Source: Elusimicrobiota bacterium
Lineage (GTDB): Bacteria > Elusimicrobiota > Elusimicrobia > UBA1565 > JACRDR01
DNA length: 62,505 bases
Assembly (NCBI GenBank): GCA_041694815.1
Contig: JBGFSC010000030.1
Location: 1-62,505, forward strand
Direction: 5' to 3'
Of this stretch, positions 28,409 to 38,389 are shown one piece after another. Numbering within the stretch: the stretch's first letter is position 1; each line of letters begins with the position of its first letter. A program made the position numbers and the translations under genes. The notes under the pieces are model-generated. The model searched no databases. It was not told the DNA's origin and saw only the letters and a program-made list of their open reading frames with translations.

Positions 28409-29270
28409 ATTTTCCGATGAGCAGCTCCAGCTTTTTGTACGTCTTCTTGTTCATCCTCTCGGGTTGCGTGAAGACGGCGCCCTCCAGCGCCGTGGCGCAG
28501 GGGCAATGGCGCGGCAGGCGCGATAGCTCCGGTACGACTTTGCCCAGCAGGGCCTGCGCGTTGGCCACGTTGGCCGAGAGATTGGCGACTACGGTCCTCG
28601 TGTCGACTTCCTCGCCGTCCTTCCAGCAATCGTAGTCCGTCACGAGGGCGACGGTGCTGTAGCAGATCTCCGCCTCCCGCGCCAGGCGGGCCTCTCCGAT
28701 GGCGGTCATCCCGATGATCGAATAGCCCATCTTCCGGTGCATCTCGGATTCCGCCTTGGTGGAGAAGGCCGGGCCCTCCATGCAGACGTAGATCCCCCCG
28801 TCATGGGACGTGATGCCGAGGCCGCGGGCGCCGGCATAGAGCAGCCGGCGCATCGGCTCGCAGAAGGGATGCGCGAAGGCGATATGCGCCACGATGCCGT
28901 CACCGAAGAAGGAGCTGCGGCGCCCCTTGGTCTCGTCGACCAATTGGTCGGGAAAGAGGAAGTGCCGGGGCGCGATCTCCTCGCGCAGCGAGCCGACGGC
29001 CCCGATCGATATGACGCGCTCCACGCCCAGGGATTTCAAGGCCCATAGGTTGGCGCGGGCGTTGAGCTCCGAGGGCAGCAGGACATGGCCCCGGCCGTGC
29101 CTGGGCAGGAAGGCGCAGCGCACGCCGGAAAGCGTGCCCAGGACTACGTCGTCGGAGGGAGGGCCGAAAGGAGTCTTGATCCGGACGGTCCGCAGATCAC
29201 GGAGCCCGTCCATCGCGTACAGCCCGCTGCCCCCGATGACCCCGATACTCGCTTTTTCTTTCACGCGCAT
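28395..29270 (-). CDS. mtnP: S-methyl-5'-thioadenosine phosphorylase
   Basis: [36 protein letters not shown]. Confidence 0.93.
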   Translation of the reverse strand: MRVKEKASIGVIGGSGLYAMDGLRDLRTVRIKTPFGPPSDDVVLGTLSGVRCAFLPRHGRGHVLLPSELNARANLWALKSLGVERVISIGAVGSLREEIAPRHFLFPDQLVDETKGRRSSFFGDGIVAHIAFAHPFCEPMRRLLYAGARGLGITSHDGGIYVCMEGPAFSTKAESEMHRKMGYSIIGMTAIGEARLAREAEICYSTVALVTDYDCWKDGEEVDTRTVVANLSANVANAQALLGKVVPELSRLPRHCPCATALEGAVFTQPERMNKKTYKKLELLIGKYVRP

Positions 29271-30526
29271 AGGGCTTCCGCGAGCACCTCGGGATAGATG
29301 GGGTGGCGTGCGCAGAGCCCGCGCACCTCGGCCCGTACCGCCTTGAGCCGCGCCTCCTCGGAGCGCCCCGCGAGCGCGTCGTCGATAAGGCTTGCGATCT
29401 CGTCCATCTCGGATTCCCCCATGCCGCGGGTCGTGACCGCGGGCGTGCCGATGCGCACGCCGCTGGCGATGAACGGCTTCTGGGGGTCGTAGGGGATCGC
29501 GTTCTTATTGACGGTGATGCCGGCCGCGTCCAGCGCCTCTTCGGCCTCCTTGCCGGTGACGTTCTTGGGACGAAGGTCGACCGAAAAGAGATGGCAGTCG
29601 GTGCCTCCCGAGACGATGCGGAACCCGCGGTCCTGCAACGCGCGCGCCAGCCGCCGCGCGTTGGAGACCACGCGCTCTTGGTAGCGCTTGAATTCGGGTC
29701 GGAGCGCCTCGCCCAGGCAGACCGCCTTGGCCGCGATCACGTGCATCAGGGGCCCTCCCTGGTTGCCCGGGAAGTTCATCTTGTCGAGGGCGGCCGCATG
29801 GGCGGCCTTGCAGAGCACCATCCCTCCGCGGGGCCCGCGCAGCGTCTTGTGCGTCGTCGTCGTGACGAGATCGGCCTGCGGGACCGGGGACGGGTAGACG
29901 CCCGCCGCGATCAATCCGGCGTAGTGCGCGATGTCGGCGCAGAAGAAGGCGCCGACCGAGTCGGCCATGGACTTAAAGCGCCTCCAATCGAAGACCCGTG
30001 AATAATTCGAGGCCCCGATGAAAAGCATCTTGGGCCTGTGTTCGGCCACCAGACGCTCCGCCTCCTCGTAGTCGATCGTCTCGTCGTCTCGGCGCACGTT
30101 GATCGGTATGATCCGGAAGAATTTTCCGGAGAAATTGAGCGGGTGCCCGTGCGACAGGTGCCCGCCATGGGCCAGGTTGAGACCCAGCACGGAATCACCT
30201 GGCTTTAGGACGGAAAGGTACATCGTGATGTTGGCTTGGGTGCCCGAGTGCGGCTGCACGTTGGCGTGCTCGGCGGCAAATAGTGCCTTGGCGCGTTCGA
30301 TCGCCAGTGTTTCGGCCACGTCGACGAACTCGCAGCCGCCGTAATAGCGCTTGCCGGGATAGCCCTCGGCGTACTTGTTGGTCAAAAGCGAGCCCTGCGC
30401 CTCGAGGACGGCTTCGGAGACGTAGTTCTCGGAGGCGATGAGCTCCAGGTTCTCCGATTGCCTGCGGCATTCGGCCGCGATGGCGCGGTAGAGCTCAGGA
30501 TCTTGGCTTCGCAGTCGATGGAGCAT
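29261..30526 (-). CDS. glyA: Serine hydroxymethyltransferase
   Basis: [35 protein letters not shown]. Confidence 0.98.
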   Translation of the reverse strand: MLHRLRSQDPELYRAIAAECRRQSENLELIASENYVSEAVLEAQGSLLTNKYAEGYPGKRYYGGCEFVDVAETLAIERAKALFAAEHANVQPHSGTQANITMYLSVLKPGDSVLGLNLAHGGHLSHGHPLNFSGKFFRIIPINVRRDDETIDYEEAERLVAEHRPKMLFIGASNYSRVFDWRRFKSMADSVGAFFCADIAHYAGLIAAGVYPSPVPQADLVTTTTHKTLRGPRGGMVLCKAAHAAALDKMNFPGNQGGPLMHVIAAKAVCLGEALRPEFKRYQERVVSNARRLARALQDRGFRIVSGGTDCHLFSVDLRPKNVTGKEAEEALDAAGITVNKNAIPYDPQKPFIASGVRIGTPAVTTRGMGESEMDEIASLIDDALAGRSEEARLKAVRAEVRGLCARHPIYPEVLAEALCA

Positions 30527-30965
30527 GTTTGTCGATGAGCCGGCGCACCCCTTCCTCGATCAAGTCGCGGCATTGGGCGTAGACGCGCTCGCCCTGCCCG
30601 ATGGGATCGGCGATGTCCCGCGCGCCTAGGCCGGCCGCTTCCAGGAACAGCTCGGTCTTATCGCGCGTTTGGGGAAAATATTCCTTTAGCGCCTCGCGGT
30701 GGTTGCGGGCCATGGCGTAGATGCCGTCGGCCCACTCCAAGAGCTGCAAGGAAGGGGTCCGGGGGATGTAGCTGAAGTTCTCGATTCCCCGCTGCGCCAG
30801 TACCCGAGGGACCGGGGAGGGGATCTCGAATCCAGGGTCGGCGGCGATCCCGCAGGAGCGGGCCTCCCAACCGTTTAAGCCACGCTCCTCGACGGCCCGA
30901 TTGAACAGGAACTGGGCCATCACGCTGCGGCAGGTGTTGCCCGTGCACACGAACAGGGCCTTCAC
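30495..30965 (-). CDS. Low-molecular-weight protein phosphatase (YwlE-like arginine phosphatase)
   Basis: [11 protein letters not shown]-loop, DIADPIG; between tsaC and glyA as in Bacillus; GTGA overlap. Confidence 0.85.
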   Translation of the reverse strand: MKALFVCTGNTCRSVMAQFLFNRAVEERGLNGWEARSCGIAADPGFEIPSPVPRVLAQRGIENFSYIPRTPSLQLLEWADGIYAMARNHREALKEYFPQTRDKTELFLEAAGLGARDIADPIGQGERVYAQCRDLIEEGVRRLIDKHAPSTAKPRS

Positions 30966-31588
30966 GCCGCCGCCTCGAGCAGCTCCTGCCGCCTTAGGGC
31001 GCCTTCGCGCAGGACGCGTGGCGCCGGCCCGGAGGCGTCGACGATGCTCGATTCCTTCCCGGGAACCGGGCCGGCATCGATGACCAGATCCACGAGATTC
31101 GCGAATTCCGCCGCGACCTGCTCGCCCGAGGCCAACGCCGGGCGGCCCGAAAGATTGGCGCTCGTCGTCGCCATCGGTCCCGCCTCGCGCAGCAGGGCGA
31201 GGGCCACCGGATGGTTCGGCACGCGAATGGCCAGGGTCGGGAATCCTTGGAAGCTCAACAGTCGTCCTTCTTTCGTGGGTCGCAAGACCAGGGTGAGCGG
31301 TCCGGGCCAGAACCGGCTCGCGAGAGCTCGGGCCTGGGGAGTCCACTCCACCCAGCGCCCTGCCTCGTCGGAGGAGTGTACTAAAATGGGCAGGGGTTTC
31401 ATAGCCTCGCGGCCCTTGATTTCGTAGATGCGCCGCATCGCGGCCTTGACTAGGCCCGTGCAGCCTATCCCGTAGACGGTGTCGGTGGGAAAAGCGATGA
31501 TTTTACGGGATTTCGCCGCGCTCGCCGCCTGCCGCAGCTGCTCTTGGCTCAGCGCGCCGGAGGGCCCCACGCGGATGACCTCACCCAC
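30962..31588 (-). CDS. tsaC: L-threonylcarbamoyladenylate synthase
   Basis: FPTDTVYG, IYEIKGR..KPL, FWPGPLT, TSANLSG. Confidence 0.93.
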   Translation of the reverse strand: MGEVIRVGPSGALSQEQLRQAASAAKSRKIIAFPTDTVYGIGCTGLVKAAMRRIYEIKGREAMKPLPILVHSSDEAGRWVEWTPQARALASRFWPGPLTLVLRPTKEGRLLSFQGFPTLAIRVPNHPVALALLREAGPMATTSANLSGRPALASGEQVAAEFANLVDLVIDAGPVPGKESSIVDASGPAPRVLREGALRRQELLEAAA

Positions 31589-32273
31589 CGGAATAACCCT
31601 GGGGTGCGACGACGACCACGATCTCGCCGAGTATCTTCTCCCTGCGGCCGAGAACTTCGCGGACCTGGGAGACGGGCCCCGTGATCCATTCCTCATGCCT
31701 CTTGCTGAGCTCGCGCGCGACGGCTAGCTCGATGTTCTCGCCGAACGCGGCCGAAACTTCATCCAGCAGATCGAGCGTCCGGAAGGGGGATTCGTAAAGC
31801 ACCGTCGTCCTCGCGCCCGCGGCGGCTTCCTGGAGCAGGCGCGCGCGCTTGCCGCCGGAGCGCGGCAGGAATCCGAGGAATAGCAGCGAGTCTCCGGGAA
31901 ACCCTGAGCCGGCCACGGCGGCGGCCACGGCGCTGGGGCCCGGCAGCGAGCAGACCGGAATCCGCCGGCGGCGCGCGGCGGCGACAAGCCTCACCCCGGG
32001 GTCCGAGAGCACCGGGGTGCCGCTGTCGGAGACCAGGGCGAGGGCCTCGCCTTGCTCTAAGCGCTCCAACGCCTTTTCGACGCCCCGCGCGTCATGCTCA
32101 TTGTAGCGCAGCGCCGGCACGCGGATGTCGAAATGGCTCAGGAGTATGCGCGTGCGCCGCGTGTCCTCGCAATAGACCGCGCGGACCTCGCGCAGCACGC
32201 GCAGGGCCCGCTGGGTGATGTCCTCGAGATTGCCCAGGGGCGTCGGGACGATATACAGGCAACCCGGGCTCAT
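31581..32273 (-). CDS. rsmI: 16S rRNA (cytidine1402-2'-O)-methyltransferase
   Basis: LYIVPTPLGNLEDIT, CEDTR, VSDSGTPVLSDPG, YESPFR, ARELSK. Confidence 0.95.
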   Translation of the reverse strand: MSPGCLYIVPTPLGNLEDITQRALRVLREVRAVYCEDTRRTRILLSHFDIRVPALRYNEHDARGVEKALERLEQGEALALVSDSGTPVLSDPGVRLVAAARRRRIPVCSLPGPSAVAAAVAGSGFPGDSLLFLGFLPRSGGKRARLLQEAAAGARTTVLYESPFRTLDLLDEVSAAFGENIELAVARELSKRHEEWITGPVSQVREVLGRREKILGEIVVVVAPQGYSGG

Positions 32274-32926
32274 GGGCCGTCCAGGTTGAGAAAGGCCTCG
32301 ACGACGGCGGGATCGAACTGGGTCCCGGCGCCCTTGCGGAGCTCCTCGCGGGCCACCTCGGGGCTTAAGGCCTTGCGGTAGGGGCGGTCGGAGAGCATCG
32401 CCTCCCAGGCGTTGATGACGGCGACGATGCGCGATCCCAATGGGATCTCGCCGCCCTTAAGACCCTCGGGGAATCCCTTGCCGTTGAACCATTCCTGGTG
32501 ATAGAGAACGATCTGCGCGACAGGCCCCATCTGCTTGGCGGAAGACAGGAGCTGATGGCCGATCGTCGAGTATTTCTTGATCTGGGCGTATTCCTCGGGG
32601 GTCAGCTTGCCCGGCTTGTTGAGCAAGGTCTGGTCGATGCCGATCTTGCCGACGCGGTGGAGCATCGCGGCGTATTCGACATGCTTGGCCGCGGCCTCCG
32701 ACATGCCCAAGGCGCGCGCGAGCTTAAGCGCCTGCTCGCGCGCCTTGGCGGAGCTGCCTTCATGGAGCGGGTCCTTGAGATCGGCGGCGCGGGCGAGAAT
32801 CTGCAGCATTTCCATATAAAAACCCTGCTGGCTCTCGAGCAGCTCCGCATGCTCGCGCCGCATGGAGAACAGACGCCAAACGGCGACGGCCAGGGCGGCC
32901 GACAGAATGCCGATGATGAAAATCAC
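32270..32926 (-). CDS. Membrane-anchored degenerate HD-GYP domain protein
   Basis: N-terminal TM; LNKPGKLTPEE, GLKGGEIPLGSRI, DRPYRKA, GTQFDP; metal ligands altered. Confidence 0.88.
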   Translation of the reverse strand: MIFIIGILSAALAVAVWRLFSMRREHAELLESQQGFYMEMLQILARAADLKDPLHEGSSAKAREQALKLARALGMSEAAAKHVEYAAMLHRVGKIGIDQTLLNKPGKLTPEEYAQIKKYSTIGHQLLSSAKQMGPVAQIVLYHQEWFNGKGFPEGLKGGEIPLGSRIVAVINAWEAMLSDRPYRKALSPEVAREELRKGAGTQFDPAVVEAFLNLDGP

Positions 32927-32967
32927 AGGCGTATTCTAGAATATTGCGGTAGCGCCGTGAGCGAGTA

Positions 32968-33032
32968 TAGGCCTTTCGGCCGACGCGCTAGGTCCTTTGG
33001 CTCAGGTGAACCCGCCGGCAGCGTTTTATACT
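32968..33032 (+). promoter_or_regulatory. Paired TAGGnCC boxes plus -10 element (locus B)
   Basis: TAGGCCTTTCGGCC (32968), TAGGTCCTTTGGCTC (32989), TATACT (33027-33032). Confidence 0.6.
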
Positions 33033-33041
33033 AAGAGGCCG

Positions 33042-34136
33042 ATGATAATCTCGATTTGGATCGCCTCGATCTTATTGCAGGCGGCATGGGCGGGGGGGCC
33101 CAACACTCTCCTAAAAGAGATCGACGTCTTCAAGCTCCCAACGTCCGGGCTTCGCAGGGTTTTCTACAGCCCAGACCCATCTCGAGTCTACACCGTCGGA
33201 GGAGAGGACGGTATCATTGGCTGGGATATCCGGACCGGCAAGCCCGGCGATTGTCATTCGAAGGGCTTTTACCCTTGGAGCGCGATCAGTCCGGACGGCT
33301 CGCGCGTTTTGGCTGCGCAAAAAGTAGGTTATGGTACTTTTCTCAGTTTTTTGAATCCCAGCAATGGACAAATCGTCGAGACCGGCTTTCGCCGGTATGT
33401 CAGGGCCAGCCACTGGAGCCGCGATAGCCGACGCCTTCTGGTATTGGATGGGTTCGGCGATATATGGATTTTCAACGCCGAAACGGGCGTGCACGAGAGG
33501 GTCTTGACCGTCGAGAGAGCCGTGCATGTATCCTGGAATGAAGACGAAACGAGGGTGCTGACGATCGAAGAAGACGGCCGCTACCGGTCCTGGAGCCTAG
33601 ACTATAAATGGCCGATGTGGCTCGGCCGCCGGCGAGAACTCGGTGTCCTAAAGTTTCAAGGAAAGGAACTCGGCTATGCGAATGTCAGCCCAGACGGCTC
33701 GAAAGCGGTGATCCGAGAATCGGATTATCAATTGCCGGAAATATGGGATTTGCGGAATATGGAAAGAGTCTCGCTCTTGGAAAAGGCGTGCCGAAGCCGA
33801 CTTGGATTTCATTTAACCGACTCTAAATTGCTCTGCATCGAGCATAACTCTCACATCGCCAGCCTTTTCGACTTGGGCAGCGGCAGGCGGATCGCTAGCT
33901 TCGAGTGCGCGGATGGAGAATCTATCGACGACGCGGCCTTAAGCCCCGATGGCAAAAGCGTGGCGATCGTTAGCGGGGGATCTGCCCGGTTCTTCGTCGA
34001 AGGGCCCGGTGGCAAGTGGTCTCCCCTGGTGCCTCCCGAGCGATTGCGTAAAGTCCGGCGCTTGCTCGATGGCCCAGCGTTGCTGCGGAACGTGGGGACG
34101 GCGCTGGAAACCGCCGAAGAGCGGTTTAGGCTTTAG
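33042..34136 (+). CDS. Exported WD40/beta-propeller protein
   Basis: Signal peptide ending AWA; repeated SPDG and WD motifs. Confidence 0.78.
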   Translation: MIISIWIASILLQAAWAGGPNTLLKEIDVFKLPTSGLRRVFYSPDPSRVYTVGGEDGIIGWDIRTGKPGDCHSKGFYPWSAISPDGSRVLAAQKVGYGTFLSFLNPSNGQIVETGFRRYVRASHWSRDSRRLLVLDGFGDIWIFNAETGVHERVLTVERAVHVSWNEDETRVLTIEEDGRYRSWSLDYKWPMWLGRRRELGVLKFQGKELGYANVSPDGSKAVIRESDYQLPEIWDLRNMERVSLLEKACRSRLGFHLTDSKLLCIEHNSHIASLFDLGSGRRIASFECADGESIDDAALSPDGKSVAIVSGGSARFFVEGPGGKWSPLVPPERLRKVRRLLDGPALLRNVGTALETAEERFRL

Positions 34137-34146
34137 TCGCGGCCGC

Positions 34147-34422
34147 TTAGGGCTGTATCCGACGTCCCGTAACGTATTTGTGAATGATGCTGGACACCAG
34201 CGTCTGGTAAGGAACCCCTTCTTCTGCGGCCCTGGCCTTGATCCGGTTTAGGTCCGAGCGGGAGATGCGGATGTTCATTCGCTGGTCTTTGCGGAGCGTA
34301 TTCCTGGCGATCTCCGCGTACGCCCTAAGTTCCGATTGCTTGGGTTTAACGAGCTCCCAGTCGCCGCTCTCGATGGCGTCCAAAATCTCTCGCTCCTCTT
34401 CGTCGAGCTTATATTTTTTCAT
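34147..34422 (-). CDS. Ribbon-helix-helix (CopG/BrnA-like) antitoxin
   Basis: RMNIRIS..DL..IK.RAAEEGVPYQTLVSSIIHKY; ATGA overlap with toxin. Confidence 0.88.
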   Translation of the reverse strand: MKKYKLDEEEREILDAIESGDWELVKPKQSELRAYAEIARNTLRKDQRMNIRISRSDLNRIKARAAEEGVPYQTLVSSIIHKYVTGRRIQP

Positions 34423-34697
34423 GAGGATCCTCCCGCCAGATAGCGCTTGGTCATTTTTCGGCTGGGAATAATCGTTTTCAAAAAAATGCGTTTCTCCTCT
34501 TCCACGCAAGGTACGATGTAAATATAGTTATTCACGGCAACGAGAAACTGCTTCTGATGGCTGAACTTGCCGCGGCCGGGCACGACGGCCACTACAGAGC
34601 CTTCCTCAATGTAAGACACTATCGCCTCGAATGATATTCCCCGTTCTTCGAGCAGCTTTCGGTTCTTCGCGTCGTCCCACTCGAAGGTCTTAGACAC
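34419..34697 (-). CDS. BrnT-family toxin
   Basis: FEWDDAKNRKLLEERGISFE, IFLKTIIPSRK. Confidence 0.85.
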   Translation of the reverse strand: MSKTFEWDDAKNRKLLEERGISFEAIVSYIEEGSVVAVVPGRGKFSHQKQFLVAVNNYIYIVPCVEEEKRIFLKTIIPSRKMTKRYLAGGSS

Positions 34698-34704
34698 TAT
34701 CTCC

Positions 34705-34733
34705 AGTATGGCAGGATGTGTGCCTAATGTCAA
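34705..34733 (-). promoter_or_regulatory. Sigma70 promoter of the BrnT-type TA operon
   Basis: Minus strand: TTGACA, 17 nt, CATACT, then 7 nt to GTG. Confidence 0.65.
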
Positions 34734-34748
34734 TACATAAAATAGGTC

Positions 34749-36263
34749 TTAGCCGCCGCGCAGAAAGCGGAGCGCGGCTTGCATGGAGGCCCGGCGGTAT
34801 CCATGCGCGTCGATGGCGGCGACACGGTGCTTAAGCAGCGACGCGTCCGAGGAACTGCGGATCAAGACGACGATCAGTTTTTTCGCAAATCGCCGTTGAA
34901 GCGTCTTGAGGGTCTGGGCCTGTCCCTCAAAGCGCATCGCCTCGAAGCAGAAGAAAATGACGATTTCGGCTTTCCCGGCCTCGCGCGCGACGCGGCGGGC
35001 TCTCGCCTCGTCGCCAAGAATGGGCGAGGCTAAGACGCGACGCCGTCCGGGCCAGCGTTTGGTCCATTGCAGCAGGTCCTTGGCGGGCCGCGCCGGCCCG
35101 CCCTCGAAGGTGAAGAGTTCTCGGACCTGGCGAAAATCGGGACAGATCAATGCCAGCCGGGAGTCCGGCCGCAGCTCCAAAGGAATCTTGACCGAACCGG
35201 GACGGATCTTTTCGACGGCGGCCTGCGCGACCTGAAGAGACAGGGCCTGCGCTCCTTTCGAGTCGGGCGCTGTCCAGGAGGCGCGCGCGTCGTCGCGTCG
35301 CTTGTCGAGCAGCGCCTGCACGCGGCGGCAGGCATGTTGGAAATCCGCCTTCGGTACCCGGCCCTCGGCCAAGGCCTGGGCCAGCAGCTCGACCGCCTCG
35401 CGCTGGGCCTCCCGCGCATGCGCGATCAGCAGTATGTCATGCCCGGCGGCGAGCGCCTCGATGGCCGCCTCCTGGATGGGCCAGCGTTCGGTGATGGCGC
35501 CCATGCAGAGATCATCCGAGATCACGACTCCGTCGAACCCAAGTCGACGGCGCAGCAGGGCGTGGGTGATTTTGCGGGAGAAAGTCGCCGGGACATCGTC
35601 TTTATCCAGCGAGGGAAAGCAGACATGGGAGCTCATCACGCAATCGACGCCGGCTTCGACCGCGTCGGCGAAGGGCGCCAAATGCCTGCGCGCGAAAAGG
35701 CCTCGGGGCAGCCGTATGGTCGGCAGGGTCTGATGCGCGTCCTTGGTGGCCGCGCCCTTGCCCGGGAAATGCTTGGCGCAGGCCGAGACGCCGTGATCCT
35801 GCATCCCGCGTATCATCGCCGACCCCAATCGGCCGACCAGCGCCGGGTCCTCGCCGAAGGAGCGGATGCCGACCCCGGGGTTGTATTTTGCGGTCAAGAC
35901 GTCGACGACCGGCGCCAGGTTGAGCCGTACGCCCATCGCCCTGAGCTCGAGCGCCATCTGCCGTCCGACCTGGTAGGCGAGGCCCGTGCTGCCGGCCTTG
36001 CCGAGGCAGGCATTGCCCGGGAAGGCGGTCACGCCTTGCGAGAAGCGCAGCACCCAGCCGCCCTCATGATCGATCGAGAAGAGCAGAGGGCGGCCGACGC
36101 GCTGCTGCAGTTCGGCGGTGAGGCGGCGCAGCTGCGCGGGGGATTCGATATTGCGCGCCAAGAGCAGCACGCCGCAGGCGCCGGTTTCTTTTAATAGGGA
36201 TACGGAGTCGCGAGTCGGCCGGGTCCCCTCGATGCCGAACATAAAGGGAAAGCCCGGGTTCAC
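34749..36263 (-). CDS. nagZ: Beta-N-acetylhexosaminidase, GH3
   Basis: IDHEGG, NLAPVVD, RSFGEDP, KHFPGKG....DAH, ISDDLCM. Confidence 0.88.
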   Translation of the reverse strand: MNPGFPFMFGIEGTRPTRDSVSLLKETGACGVLLLARNIESPAQLRRLTAELQQRVGRPLLFSIDHEGGWVLRFSQGVTAFPGNACLGKAGSTGLAYQVGRQMALELRAMGVRLNLAPVVDVLTAKYNPGVGIRSFGEDPALVGRLGSAMIRGMQDHGVSACAKHFPGKGAATKDAHQTLPTIRLPRGLFARRHLAPFADAVEAGVDCVMSSHVCFPSLDKDDVPATFSRKITHALLRRRLGFDGVVISDDLCMGAITERWPIQEAAIEALAAGHDILLIAHAREAQREAVELLAQALAEGRVPKADFQHACRRVQALLDKRRDDARASWTAPDSKGAQALSLQVAQAAVEKIRPGSVKIPLELRPDSRLALICPDFRQVRELFTFEGGPARPAKDLLQWTKRWPGRRRVLASPILGDEARARRVAREAGKAEIVIFFCFEAMRFEGQAQTLKTLQRRFAKKLIVVLIRSSSDASLLKHRVAAIDAHGYRRASMQAALRFLRGG

Positions 36264-36309
36264 GCCGGAATTATACTATACCAATCGGAGGGAACGGGTC
36301 AGGACGCGC

Positions 36310-37323
36310 TTAGCGGCGGCACTGCGACGGTCCCGAGAACGCGTCGGCGTCCGTGATCACTCCAGGCCCGCCGCCGTCGCTGACGGTCCATTCGCCTTCG
36401 GTGGTGTGCAGATTCCCGTAAAATTCGCCTTCGACGCTGCAGTAATAGCTCTGGGCGGCCTTAAATTCCTTCTCGGCCTCCACCAGGATCGCCCTCGCCC
36501 GGCCGATCGCTTCGGGTGCGGGACGGTCAGGCACCCAGGTCGGGTTATTAAAGAGCGCGGGATCATTGCTGTAATTGTAGTTCCAGAAGCCCGTTTCACC
36601 CAGCGCAGCGGATACGAGTTGGCCGCCCTTTTTTATATGATCCAGGGCTTTTCGCGAGTCGGCAACGGCCTTCGGGGAGTCTTTGCTGCATTTAGAGGCG
36701 ACTCTTTCCGCCCTTTGGATTTCTTTGTATTCGTAGTCGATGAGTCTTGATATATAGTCATATATAGAATTGGTCTCCGAATAACTTCCGCCTGTCCTGT
36801 TGGCCGCATAGAGTTTGTGCAGCGTCTCCGGTGGAGTATTCGGGTCTTCGAGGGCGTCCAAATAGGCGCGCGCGTCGGCGACGTCGTTTCTACTCCCGTC
36901 GATCCAATTGCCGGCCGAGGCCTGCATGACGGTGAGGCAGGCGTCCTTGCGCGTTGATTCGATGGAGGAGGAGACGCTAAAGGAAACGGTTGGGATCAAA
37001 ATGCCCATCATCAACGCGATCAGCGCGACCGCCTTGAGTTTCTTGAGCCAATCGGCTTTCGAGCAGGTTTGCGCGGTTCTAGGCGCTGGCGGCTGGAGCT
37101 TGGCCGGGCGCAGCGTACGCAGGTTCGCCGAGGCCGCGCTCAGCTTGTCGGAAATGGATCCGCCGCTCGCGGCCACCGATTCCGCTGCGCCGGCCTTGGA
37201 GGAGTCGACGCCATCGGTCAAGGCCGCAGCCTGGGTGTGTTGCGACTCGAGCGAGGCGTTATTTTCCGCGCGCAGAGCCGCAGGGATTGTGAGAAGAACC
37301 ACCAGAAGCATTATTTTTTTCAT
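36310..37323 (-). CDS. Orphan exported/membrane protein, tandem paralogue 3 (last in operon)
   Basis: GAGGAG ribosome-binding site; signal peptide; near-identical blocks with the two upstream genes. Confidence 0.85.
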   Translation of the reverse strand: MKKIMLLVVLLTIPAALRAENNASLESQHTQAAALTDGVDSSKAGAAESVAASGGSISDKLSAASANLRTLRPAKLQPPAPRTAQTCSKADWLKKLKAVALIALMMGILIPTVSFSVSSSIESTRKDACLTVMQASAGNWIDGSRNDVADARAYLDALEDPNTPPETLHKLYAANRTGGSYSETNSIYDYISRLIDYEYKEIQRAERVASKCSKDSPKAVADSRKALDHIKKGGQLVSAALGETGFWNYNYSNDPALFNNPTWVPDRPAPEAIGRARAILVEAEKEFKAAQSYYCSVEGEFYGNLHTTEGEWTVSDGGGPGVITDADAFSGPSQCRR

Positions 37324-37350
37324 TATCGTCTCCTCACTTGTCATCAGTTC

Positions 37351-38370
37351 TCATCGGCGGCATTCCGCGGGTCCAGTAAATGCGTCCGCGTCCGTGATCA
37401 CTCCAGGCCCACCGCCGTCGCTGACGGTCCATTCGCCTTCGGTGGTGTGCAGATTCCCGTAAAATTCGCCTTCGACGCTGCAGTAATAGCTCTGGGCGGC
37501 CTTAAATTCCTTCTCGGCCTCCACTAGGATCGCCCTCGCCCGGCCGATCGCTTCGGGCCCGGGATTGTCGGGCGTCCAGGTCGGATTTTTATAAATGGCG
37601 GGATCATTCCCGTAGTCGTACTTCCAGAATCCCGTTTCATCCAGCGCGGCATAGATGAGCTGGCCGCCCTTTTTTATATGGTCCAGGGCTTTTCGCGAGT
37701 CGGCGACCGCCTGCGGGGAGTCTTTGCTGCATTTAGAGGCGACTCTCTCCGCCCGCTGGATTTCTTCGTATTCGTGGGCGATGAGCCTCTCGATGTAGGG
37801 ATTTTGGGGGCTTGAATAGCTTCCGCCATTCCTGACGTTCGAATACAGTTTATGCAGCGTTTCCGGCGGGGTATTCGGGTCCTCGAGGGCGTCCAAATAG
37901 GCCCGCGCGTCGGCGACGTCTTTTCTGCTGCCGTCGATCCAGTTGCCGGTCATCGCCTGCATAACGGTAAGGCAAGCGTCCTTGCGTACTGACTCATTGT
38001 ATGAAGAGACGCCGGAAGAGACGGCCGGGATCAAAATGCCCAGGGTCAAGCCCAGCGTCAACGCGATCAGCGCGACCGCCTTGAGTTTCTTGAGCCAATC
38101 GGCTTTCGAGCAGGTTGGCGCGGTTCTAGGCGCTGGCGGGCGGGGCTTGGCCGGGCGCAGCGTACGCAGGCTCGCCGAGGCCGCGCTCAGCTTGTCGGAG
38201 ATGGATCCGCCGCTCGCGGCCACCGATTCCGCCGCGCCGGCCTTGGAGGCGTCGACGCCATCGGTCAGGGCCGCGGCCTGCGCGTGTTGCGTCTCCGGGC
38301 TGATATTGTTTTCGGCCCGCAACGCTAGCGGGAGGAAGAGCAGGGCGGATAAGAGCAGTGTCTTTTTCAT
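37351..38370 (-). CDS. Orphan exported/membrane protein, tandem paralogue 2
   Basis: AAGGAG ribosome-binding site; signal peptide, QHAQAAALTDGV, internal TM, conserved Cys. Confidence 0.85.
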   Translation of the reverse strand: MKKTLLLSALLFLPLALRAENNISPETQHAQAAALTDGVDASKAGAAESVAASGGSISDKLSAASASLRTLRPAKPRPPAPRTAPTCSKADWLKKLKAVALIALTLGLTLGILIPAVSSGVSSYNESVRKDACLTVMQAMTGNWIDGSRKDVADARAYLDALEDPNTPPETLHKLYSNVRNGGSYSSPQNPYIERLIAHEYEEIQRAERVASKCSKDSPQAVADSRKALDHIKKGGQLIYAALDETGFWKYDYGNDPAIYKNPTWTPDNPGPEAIGRARAILVEAEKEFKAAQSYYCSVEGEFYGNLHTTEGEWTVSDGGGPGVITDADAFTGPAECRR

Positions 38371-38389
38371 CGTTATTGACTCCTTGATT

